A DNA stretch of 64,000 nucleotides from Eledone cirrhosa (lineage: Eukaryota). The position numbers and the translations under genes are program-made. The stretch lies in assembly GCA_964016885.1 (NCBI GenBank), contig OZ024743.1:311984001-312048000 (forward strand). Reading direction: 5' to 3'. Positions 52,801 through 64,000 of this stretch are shown in pieces. The notes beneath the pieces are model-generated. The model did not search any database. It was not told the origin of the DNA and was given only the letters and a program-made list of their open reading frames with translations. How positions within the stretch are numbered: position 1 is the stretch's first letter; the number at the start of each line of letters is the position of its first letter.

Positions 52801-55800
52801 GTGGTCATGTTGGTGCCACAACAAAAGAGTCTAGTCCACCCTATAAAGTGGTCATGTTGGTGCCACAACAAAATAGTCTAGTCCACCCTGTAAAGTGATC
52901 ACATTTGTGCCACAGCAAAAGAGTCTAGTCCACCCTGTAAAGTGATCACATTGGTGCCACAACAAAAGAGTCTAGTCCACCCTGTAAAGTGGTCATGTTG
53001 GTGCCACAACAAAAGAGTCTAGTCCACCCTGTAAAGTGGTCTTGTTGGTATCACAACAAAAGAGTCTAGTCCACTCTGTAAAGTGGTCATGTTGGTGCCA
53101 CAACAAAAGAGTCTAGTCCATCCAGTAAAGTGATCACATTGGTGTCACAACAAGAGTCTAGTCCACCCTGTAAAGTGGTCAAGTTGGTGTCACAACAAAA
53201 GAGACTAGTCCACCCTGTAAAGTGGTCATGTTGGTGCAACAACAAAAGAGTCTAGTCCACCCTGTAAAGTGGTCATGTTGGTGCCACAACAAAAGAATCT
53301 AGTCCACCCTGTAAAGTGGTCATGTTGGTTTCACAACAAAAGAGTCTAGTCCACCCTGTAAAGTGATCACATTGGTCCCACAACAAAAGAGTCTAGTCCA
53401 CCCTGTAAAGTGGTCATGTTGGTTTCACAACCAAAGAGTCTAGTCCACCCTGTAAAGTGGTCATGTTGGTGTCACAACAAAAGAGTCTAGTCCACCCTGT
53501 AAAGTGGTAATGTTGGTGTCACAACAAAAGACTCTAGTCCACCCTGTAAAGTGATCACATTGGTGCCACAACAAAAGAGTCTAGTCCACTCTGTAAAGTG
53601 GTCATGTTGGTGCCACAACAAAAGAGTCTAGTCAACCCAGTAAAGTGATCACATTGGTGTCACAACAAGAGTCTAGTCCACCCTGTAAAGCGGTCATGTT
53701 GGTGCCACAACAAAAGAGTCTAGTCCACCCTGTAAAGTGGTCATGTTGGTGCCACAACAAAAGAATCTAGTCCACCCTGTGAAGTGGTCATGTTGGTTTC
53801 ACAACAGAAGAGTCTAGTCCACCCTGTAAAGTGATCACATTGGTGCCACAACAAAAGAGTCTAGTCCACCCTGTAAAGTGGTCATGTTGGTGCCACAACA
53901 TAAGAGTCTAGTCCACCCTGTAAAGTGGTCATGTTGGTGCAACAACAAAAGAATCTAGTCCACCCTGTAAAGTGGTCATGTTAGTTTCACAACAAAAGAG
54001 TCTAGTCCACACTGTAAAGTGGTCATGTTGTTGCCACAACAAAAGAGTCTAGTCCACCCTATAAAGTGGTCATGTTGGTGCCACAACAAAATAGTCTAGT
54101 CCACCCTGTAAAGTGATCACATTTGTGCCACAGCAAAAGAGTCTAGTCCACCCTGTAAAGTGGTCACATTGGTGCCACAACAAAAGAGTCTAGTCCATCC
54201 TGTAAAGTGGTCATGTTGGTGCCACAACAAAAGAGTCTAGTCCACCCTGTAAAGTGGTCTTGTTGGTATCACAACAAAAGAGTCTAGTCCACTCTGTAAA
54301 GTGGTCATGTTGGTGCCACAACAAAAGAGTCTAGTCCATCCAGTAAAGTGATCACATTGGTGTCACAACAAGAGTCTAGTCCACCCTGTAAAGTGGTCAT
54401 GTTGGTGTCACAACAAAAGAGACTAGTCCACCCTGTAAAGTGGTCATGTTGGTGCAACAACAAAAGAGTCTAGTCCACCCTGTAAAGTGGTCATGTTGGT
54501 TTCACAACAAAAGAATCTAGTCCACCCAGTAAAGTGATCACATTGGTGTCACAACAAGAGTCTAGTCCACCCTGTAAAGTGGTCATGTTGGTGTCACAAC
54601 AAAAGAGACTAGTCCACCCTGTAAAGTGGTCATGTTGGTGTCACAACAAAAGAGTCTAGTCCACCCTGTAAAGCGGTCATGTTGGTGCCACAACAAAAGA
54701 TTCTAGTCCACCCTGTAAAGTGGTCATGTTGGTGCCACAACAATAGAATCTAGTCCACCCTGTAAAGTGGTCATGTTGGTTTCACAACAGAAGAGTCTAG
54801 TCCACCCTGTAAAGTGGTCATGTTGGTGTCACAACAAAAGAGTCTAGTCCACCCTGTAAAGTGGTAATATTGGTGTCACAACAAAAGACTCTAGTCCACC
54901 CTGTAAAGTGATCACATTGGTGCCACAACAAAAGAGTCTAGTCCACCCTGTAAAGTGGTCATGTTGGTGCCACAACATAAGAGTCTAGTCCACCCTGTAA
55001 AGTGGTCATGTTGGTGCAACAACAAAAGAATCTAGTCCACCCTGTAAAGTGGTCATGTTAGTTTCACAACAAAAGAGTCTAGTCCACACTGTAAAGTGGT
55101 CATGTTGGTGCCACAACAAAAGAGTCTAGTCCACCCTATAAAGTGGTCATGTTGGTGCCACAACAAAATAGTCTAGTCCACCCTGTAAAGTGATCACATT
55201 TGTGCCACAGCAAAAGAGTCTAGTCCACCCTGTAAAGTGATCACATTGGTGCCACAACAAAAGAGTCTAGTCCACCCTGTAAAGTGGTCATGTTGGTGCC
55301 ACAACAAAAGAGTCTAGTCCACCCTGTAAAGTGGTCTTGTTGGTATCACAACAAAAGAGTCTAGTCCACTCTGTAAAGTGGTCATGTTGGTGCCACAACA
55401 AAAGAGTCTAGTCCATCCAGTAAAGTGATCACATTGGTGTCACAACAAGAGTCTAGTCCACCCTGTAAAGTGGTCAAGTTGGTGTCACAACAAAAGAGAC
55501 TAGTCCACCCTGTAAAGTGGTCATGTTGGTGCAACAACAAAAGAGTCTAGTCCACCCTGTAAAGTGGTCATGTTGGTGCCACAACAAAAGAATCTAGTCC
55601 ACCCTGTAAAGTGGTCATGTTGGTTTCACAACAAAAGAGTCTAGTCCACCCTGTAAAGTGATCACATTGGTCCCACAACAAAAGAGTCTAGTCCACCCTG
55701 TAAAGTGGTCATGTTGGTTTCACAACCAAAGAGTCTAGTCCACCCTGTAAAGTGGTCATGTTGGTGTCACAACAAAAGAGTCTAGTCCACCCTGTAAAGT

Positions 55801-58800
55801 GGTAATGTTGGTGTCACAACAAAAGACTCTAGTCCACCCTGTAAAGTGATCACATTGGTGCCACAACAAAAGAGTCTAGTCCACCCTGTAAAGTGGTCAT
55901 GTTGGTGCCACAACATAAGAGTCTCGTCCACCCTGTAAAGTGGTCATGTTGGTGCAACAACAAAAGAATCTAGTCCACCCTGTAAAGTGGTTATGTTAGT
56001 TTCACAACAAAAGAGTCTAGTCCACCCTGTAAAGTGATCACATTTGTGCCACAGCAAAATAGTCTAGTCCACCCTGTAAAGTGATCACATTGGTGCCACA
56101 ACAAAAGAGTCTAGTCCACTCTGTAAAGTGGTCATGTTGGTGCCACAACAAAAGAGTCTAGTCAACCCAGTAAAGTGATCACATTGGTGTCACAACAAGA
56201 GTCTAGTCCACCCTGTAAAGCGGTCATGTTGGTGCCACAACAAAAGAGTCTAGTCCACCCTGTAAAGTGGTCATGTTGGTGCCACAACAAAAGAATCTAG
56301 TCCACCCTGTGAAGTGGTCATGTTGGTTTCACAACAGAAGAGTCTAGTCCACCCTGTAAAGTGATCACATTGGTGCCACAACAAAAGAGTCTAGTCCACC
56401 CTGTAAAGTGGTCATGTTGGTGCCACAACATAAGAGTCTAGTCCACCCTGTAAAGTGGTCATGTTGGTGCAACAACAAAAGAATCTAGTCCACCCTGTAA
56501 AGTGGTCATGTTAGTTTCACAACAAAAGAGTCTAGTCCACACTGTAAAGTGGTCATGTTGGTGCCACAACAAAAGAGTCTAGTCCACCCTATAAAGTGGT
56601 CATGTTGGTGCCACAACAAAATAGTCTAGTCCACCCTGTAAAGTGATCACATTTGTGCCACAGCAAAAGAGTCTAGTCCACCCTGTAAAGTGGTCACATT
56701 GGTGCCACAACAAAAGAGTCTAGTCCATCCTGTAAAGTGGTCATGTTGGTGCCACAACAAAAGAGTCTAGTCCACCCTGTAAAGTGGTCTTGTTGGTATC
56801 ACAACAAAAGAGTCTAGTCCACTCTGTAAAGTGGTCATGTTGGTGCCACAACAAAAGAGTCTAGTCCATCCAGTAAAGTGATCACATTGGTGTCACAACA
56901 AGAGTCTAGTCCACCCTGTAAAGTGGTCATGTTGGTGTCACAACAAAAGAGACTAGTCCACCCTGTAAAGTGGTCATGTTGGTGCAACAACAAAAGAGTC
57001 TAGTCCACCCTGTAAAGTGGTCATGTTGGTGCCACAACAAAAGAATCTAGTCCACCCAGTAAAGTGATCACATTGGTGTCACAACAAGAGTCTAGTCCAC
57101 CCTGTAAAGTGGTCATGTTGGTGTCACAACAAAAGAGACTAGTCCACCCTGTAAAGTGGTCATGTTGGTGTCACAACAAAAGAGTCTAGTCCACCCTGTA
57201 AAGCGGTCATGTTGGTGCCACAACAAAAGATTCTAGTCCACCCTGTAAAGTGGTCATGTTGGTGCCACAACAATAGAATCTAGTCCACCCTGTAAAGTGG
57301 TCATGTTGGTTTCACAACAGAAGAGTCTAGTCCACCCTGTAAAGTGGTCATGTTGGTGTCACAACAAAAGAGTCTAGTCCACCCTGTAAAGTGGTCATGT
57401 TGGTGCCACAACATAAGAGTCTAGTCCACCCTGTAAAGTGGTCATGTTGGTGCAACAACAAAAGAATCTAGTCCACCCTGTAAAGTGGTCATGTTGGTGT
57501 CACAACAAAATAGTCTACTCCACCCTGTAAAGTGATCACATTTGTGCCACAGCAAAAGAGTCTAGTCCATCCAGTAAAGTGATCACATTGGTGTCACAAC
57601 AAGAGTCTAGTCCACCCTGTAAAGTGGTCATGTTGGTGTCACAACAAAAGAGACTAGTCCACCCTGTAAAGTGGTCATGTTGGTGTCACAACAAAAGAGT
57701 CTAGTCCACCCTGTAAAGCGGTCATGTTGGTGCCACAACAAAAGAGTCTAGTCCACCCTGTAAAGTGGTCATGTTGGTTTCACAACAGAAGAGTCTAGTC
57801 CACCCTGTAAAGTGATCACATTGGTGCCACAACAAAAGAGTCTAGTCCACCCTGTAAAGTGGTCATGTTGGTGCCACAACATAAGAGTCTAGTCCACCCT
57901 GTAAAGTGGTCATGTTGGTGCAACAACAAAAGAATCTAGTCCACCCTGTAAAGTGGTCATGTTAGTTTCACAACAAAAGAGTCTAGTCCACACTGTAAAG
58001 TGGTCATGTTGGTGCCACAACAAAAGAGTCTAGTCCACCCTATAAAGTGGTCATGTTGGTGCCACAACAAAATAGTCTAGTCCACCCTGTAAAGTGATCA
58101 CATTTGTGCCACAGCAAAAGAGTCTAGTCCACCCTGTAAAGTGATCACATTGGTGCCACAACAAAAGAGTCTAGTCCATCCTGTAAAGTGGTCATGTTGG
58201 TGCCACAACAAAAGAGTCTAGTCCACCCTGTAAAGTGGTCTTGTTGGTGCCACAACAAAAGAGTCTAGTCCACTCTGTAAAGTGGTCATGTTGGTGCCAC
58301 AACAAAAGAGTGTAGTCCATCCAGTAAATTGATCACATTGGTGTCACAACAAGAGTCTAGTCCACCCTGTAAAGTGGTCATGTTGGTGTCACAACAAAAG
58401 AGACTAGTCCACCCTGTAAAGTGGTCATGTTGGTGCAACAACAAAAGAGTCTAGTCCACCCTGTAAAGTGGTCATGTTGGTGCCACAACAAAAGAATCTA
58501 GTCCACCCAGTAAAGTGATCACATTGGTGTCACAACAAGAGTCTAGTCCACCCTGTAAAGTGGTCATGTTGGTGTCACAACAAAAGAGACTAGTCCACCC
58601 TGTAAAGTGGTCATGTTGGTGTCACAACAAAAGAGTCTAGTCCACCCTGTAAAGCGGTCATGTTGGTGCCACAACAAAAGAGTCTAGTCCACCCTGTAAA
58701 GTGGTCATGTTGGTGCCACAACAAAAGAATCTAGTCCACCCTGTAAAGTGGTCATGTTGGTTTCACAACAGAAGAGTCTAGTCCACCCTGTAAAGTGGTC

Positions 58801-61800
58801 ATGTTGGTGTCACAACAAAAGAGTCTAGTCCACCCTGTAAAGCGGTCATGTTGGTGCCACAACAAAAGAGTCTAGTCCACCCTGTAAAGTGGTCATGTTG
58901 GTGCCACAACAAAAGAATCTAGTCCACCCTGTAAAGTGGTCATGTTGGTTTCACAACAGAAGAGTCTAGTCCACCCTGTAAAGTGATCACATTGGTGCCA
59001 CAACAAAAGAGTCTAGTCCACCCTGTAAAGTGGTCATGTTGGTGCCACAACATAAGAGTCTAGTCCACCCTGTAAAGTGGTCATGTTGGTGCAACAACAA
59101 AAGAATCTAGTCCACCCTGTAAAGTGGTCATGTTAGTTTCACAACAAAAGAGTCTAGTCCACACTGTAAAGTGGTCATGTTGGTGCCACAACAAAAGAGT
59201 CTAGTCCACCCTATAAAGTGGTCATGTTGGTGCCACAACAAAATAGTCTAGTCCACCCTGTAAAGTGATCACATTTGTGCCACAGCAAAAGAGTCTAGTC
59301 CACCCTGTAAAGTGATCACATTGGTGCCACAACAAAGGAGTCTAGTCCATCCTGTAAAGTGGTCATGTTGGTGCCACAACAAAAGAGTCTAGTCCACCCT
59401 GTAAAGTGGTCTTGTTGGTATCACAACAAAAGAGTCTAGTCCACTCTGTAAAGTGGTCATGTTGGTGCCACAACAAAAGAGTCTAGTCCATCCAGTAAAG
59501 TGATCACATTGGTGTCACAACAAGAGTCTAGTCCACCCTGTAAAGTGGTCATGTTGGTGTCACAACAAAAGAGACTAGTCCACCCTGTAAAGTGGTCATG
59601 TTGGTGCAACAACAAAAGAGTCTAGTCCACCCTGTAAAGTGGTCATGTTGGTGCCACAACAAAAGAATCTAGTCCACCCAGTAAAGTGATCACATTGGTG
59701 TCACAACAAGAGTCTAGTCCACCCTGTAAAGTGGTCATGTTGGTGTCACAACAAAAGAGACTAGTCCACCCTGTAAAGTGGTCATGTTGGTGTCACAACA
59801 AAAGAGTCTAGTCCACCCTGTAAAGCGGTCATGTTGGTGCCACAACAAAAGAGTCTAGTCCACCCTGTAAAGTGATCATGTTGGTGCCACAACAAAAGAA
59901 TCTAGTCCACCCTGTAAAGTGGTCATGTTGGTTTCACAACAGAAGAGTCTAGTCCACCCTGTAAAGTGATCACATTGGTGCCACAACAAAAGAGTCTAGT
60001 CCACCCTGTAAAGTGGTCATGTTGGTGCCACAACAAAAGAGTCTAGTCCACCCTGTAAAGTGGTCATGTTGGTGCCACAACAAAAGAATCTAGTCCACCC
60101 TGTAAAGTGGTCATGTTGGTGCCACAACAAAAGAGTCTAGTCCACCCTGTAAAGTGGTCATGTTGGTGTCACAACAAAAGAGTCTAGTCCACCCTGTAAA
60201 GTGGTAATATTGGTGTCACAACAAAAGACTCTAGTCCACCCTGTAAAGTGATCACATTGGTGCCACAACAAAAGAGTCTAGTCCACCCTGTAAAGTGGTC
60301 ATGTTGGTGCCACAACATAAGAGTCTAGTCCACCCTGTAAAGTGGTCATGTTGGTGCAACAACAAAAGAATCTAGTCCACCCTGTAAAGTGGTCATGTTA
60401 GTTTCACAACAAAAGAGTCTAGTCCACACTGTAAAGTGGTCATGTTGGTGCCACAACAAAAGAGTCTAGTCCACCCTATAAAGTGGTCATGTTGGTGCCA
60501 CAACAAAATAGTCTAGTCCACCCTGTAAAGTGATCACATTTGTGCCACAGCAAAAGAGTCTAGTCCACCCTGTAAAGTGATCACATTGGTGCCACAACAA
60601 AAGAGTCTAGTCCATCCTGTAAAGTGGTCATGTTGGTGCCACAACAAAAGAGTCTAGTCCACCCTGTAAAGTGGTCTTGTTGGTTCCACAACAAAAGACT
60701 CTAGTCCACCCTGTAAAGTGATCACATTGGTGCCACAGCAAAAGAGTCTAGTCCACCCTGTAAAGTGATCACATTGGTGCCACAACAAAAGAGTCTAGTC
60801 CACACTGTAAAGTGGTCATGTTGGTGCCACAACAAAAGAGTCTAGTCCACCCTGTAAAGTGGTCTTGTTGGTATCACAACAAAAGAGTCTAGTCCACTCT
60901 GTAAAGTGGTCATGTTGGTGCCACAACAAAAGAGTCTAGTCCATCCAGTAAAGTGATCACATTGGTGTCACAACAAGAGTCTAGTCCACCCTGTAAAGTG
61001 GTTATGTTAGTTTCACAACAAAAGAGTCTAGTCCACCCTATAAAGTGGTCATGTTGGTGCCACAACAAAATAGTCTAGTCCACCCTGTAAAGTGATCACA
61101 TTTGTGCCACAGCAAAAGAGTCTAGTCCACCCTGTAAAGTGATCACATTGGTGTCACAACAAGAGTCTAGTCCACACTGTAAAGTGGTCATGTTGGTGTC
61201 ACAACAAAAGAGACTAGTCCACCCTGTAAAGTGGTCATGTTGGTGTCACAACAAAAGAATCTAGTCCACCCTGCAAAGCGGTCATGTTGGTGCCACAACA
61301 AAAGAGTCTAGTCCACCCTGTAAAGTGGTCATGTTGGTGCCACAACAAAAGAATCTAGTCCACCCTGTAAAGTGGTCATGTTGGTTTCACAACAGAAGAG
61401 TCTAGTCCACCCTGTAAAGTGATCACATTGGTGCCACAACAAAAGAGTCTAGTCCACCCTGTAAAGTGGTCATGTTGGTGCCACAACAAAAGAGTCTAGT
61501 CCACCCTGTAAAGTGGTCATGTTGGTGCCACAACAAAAGAGTCTAGTCCACCCTGTAAAGTGGTCATGTTGGTGCCACAACAAAAGAGTCTAGTCCACCC
61601 TGTAAAGTGGTCATGTTGGTGTCACAACAAAAGAGTCTAGTCCACCCTGTAAAGTGGTAATATTGGTGTCACAACAAAAGACTCTAGTCCACCCTGTAAA
61701 GTGATCACGTTGGTGCCACAACAAAAGAGTCTAGTCCACCCTGTAAAGTGGTCATGTTGGTGCCACAACATAAGAGTCTAGTCCACCCTGTAAAGTTGTC

Positions 61801-64000
61801 ATGTTGGTGAAACAACAAAAGAATCTAGTCCACCCTGTAAAGTGGTCATGTTAGTTTCACAACAAAAGAGTCTAGTCCACACTGTAAAGTGGTCATGTTG
61901 GTGCCACAACAAAATAGTCTAGTCCACCCTGTAAAGTGATCACATTTGTGCCACAGCAAAAGAGTCTAGTCCACCCTGTAAAGTGATCACATTGGTGCCA
62001 CAACAAAAGAGTCTAGTCCACCCTGTAAAGTGGTCTTGTTGGTATCACAACAAAAGAGTCTAGTCCACTCTGTAAAGTGGTCATGTTGGTGCCACAACAA
62101 AAGAGTCTAGTCCATCCAGTAAAGTGATCACATTGGTGTCACAGCAAGAGTCTAGTCCACCCTGTAAAGTGGTCATGTTGGTGTCACAACAAAAGAGACT
62201 AGTCCACCCTGTAAAGTGGTCATGTTCGTGCAACAACAAAAGAGTCTAGTCCACCCTGTAAAGTGGTCATGTTGGTGCCACAACAAAAGAATCTAGTCCA
62301 CCCTGTAAAGTGGTCATGTTGGTTTCACAACCAAAGAGTCTAGTCCACCCTGTAAAGTGGTCATTTTGGTGTCACAACAAAAGAGTCTAGTCCACCCTGT
62401 AAAGTGGTAATGTTGGTGTCACAACAAAAGACTCTAGTCCACCCTGTAAAGTGATCACATTGGTGCCACAACAAAAGAGTCTAGTCCACCCTGTAAAGTG
62501 GTCATGTTGGTGCCACAACATAAGAGTCTAGTCCACCCTGTAAAGTGGTCATGTTGGTGCAACAACAAAAGAATCTAGTCCACCCTGTAAAGTAGTCATG
62601 TTGGTTTCACAACAAAAGAGTCTAGTCCACACTGTAAAGTGGTCATGTTGGTGCCACAACAAAAGAGTCTAGTCCACCCTGTAAAGTGATCACATTTGTG
62701 CCACAGCAAAAGAGTCTAGTCAACCCTGTAAAGTGATCACATTGGTGCCACAACAAAAGAATCTAGTCCACCCTGTAAAGTGGTCATGTTGGTGCCACAA
62801 GAAAAGAGTCTAGTCCACCCTGTAAAGTGGTCATGTTGGTGCCAGAACAAAAGAGTCTAGTCCACCCTGTAAAGTGGTCATGTTGGTGCCACAACAAAAG
62901 AATCTAGTCCACCCTGTAAAGTGGTCATGTTGGTTTCACAACAGAACAGTCTAGTCCACCCTGTAAAGTGATCACATTGGTGCCACAACAAAAGACTCTA
63001 GTCCACCCTGTAAAGTGGTCATGTTGGTGCCACAACAAAAGAGTCTAGTCCACCCTGTAAAGTGGTCATGTTGGTGCCACAACAAAAGAGTCTAGTCCAC
63101 CCTGTAAAGGGGTCATGTTGGTGCCACAACAAAAGAGTCTAGTCCACCCTGTAAAGTGGTCATGTTGGTGTCACAACAAAAGAGTCTAGTCCACCCTGTA
63201 AAGTGGTAATGTTGGTGTCACAACAAAAGACTCTAGTCCACCCTGTAAAGTGATCACATTGGTGCCACAACAAAAGAGTCTAGTCCACCCTGTAAAGTGG
63301 TCATGTTGGTGCCACAACATGAGAGTCTAGTCCACCATGTAAAGTGGTCATGTTGGTGCAACAACAAAAGAATCTAGTCCACCCTGTAAAGTGGTCATGT
63401 TAGTTTCACAACAAAAGAGTCTAGTCCACACTGTAAAGTGGTCATGTTGGTGCCACAACAAAAGAGTCTAGTCCACCCTATAAAGTGGCCATGTTGGTGC
63501 CACAACAAAATAGTCTAGTCCACCCTGTAAAGTGATCACATTTGTGCCACAGCAAAAGAGTCTAGTCCACCCTGTAAAGTGATCACATTGGTGCCACAAC
63601 AAAAGAGTCTAGTCCATCCTGTAAAGTGGTCATGTTGGTGCCACAACAAAAGAGTCTAGTCCACCCTGTAAAGTGGTCTTGTTGGTATCACAACAAAAGA
63701 GTCTAGTCCACTCTGTAAAGTGGTCATGTTGGTGCCACAACAAAAGAGTCTAGTCCACCCAGTAAAGTGATCACATTGGTGTCACAACAAGAGTCTAGTC
63801 CACCCTGTAAAGTGGTCATGTTGGTGTCACAACAAAAGAGACTAGTCCACCCTGTAAAGTGGTCATGTTGGTGTCACAACAAAAGAGTCTAGTCCACCCT
63901 GTAAAGCGGTCATGTTGGTGCCACAACAAAAGAGTCTAGTCCACCCTGTAAAGCGGTCATGTTGGTGCCACAACAAAAGAATCTAGTCCACCCTGTAAAG
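34839..64000. repeat. 47-bp satellite array (about 620 monomers, continues past the window), consensus CTGTAAAGTGGTCATGTTGGTGCCACAACAAAAGAGTCTAGTCCACC, with higher-order repeats
   Basis: Period 47 (34861 to 34908). Recurrent variants include GATCACATT, a 45-bp form with ACAACAAGAG, GGTCAAGTT, CATAAG and GAATCT. No interruption seen. Confidence 0.99.

Noticed and set aside
34839-64000. CRISPR array
   Set aside because: Monomers abut directly with no unique spacers, no cas genes are present, and the context is eukaryotic.

Overview
AT-rich, repeat-dense animal genomic DNA. The tRNA-derived SINE types, dense microsatellites and RTE remnants suggest a mollusc, probably an octopus; this is my recognition of the sequence, not a search result. 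Positions 1-8.3 kb hold two diverged, head-to-tail L1/Tx1-clade non-LTR retrotransposons, each ending in AATAAA followed by a (TCTA)n tract, so the second copy sits between two (TCTA)n tracts. Positions 8.5-30 kb are decayed mobile DNA: RTE remnants, many SINEs, TTAA-flanked MITEs, a full-length decayed mariner, a Tc1-type MITE, a Penelope-like remnant interrupted by an RTE fragment, and mini/microsatellites. The only host gene is on the minus strand: the 3' end of an IL-17 receptor D (Sef)-like SEFIR gene, with a large terminal exon containing a polyQ tract (30137-31926) and a predicted 45-nt upstream exon (34289-34333). Its last intron holds a 29-bp palindromic minisatellite resembling arrayed IRF sites. 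From 34839 to the window end is a 47-bp satellite (about 620 monomers) with higher-order structure, apparently in the next intron upstream. No prokaryotic features, CRISPR arrays, rRNA or true tRNA genes were seen. Coordinates and alignments were worked out by eye.
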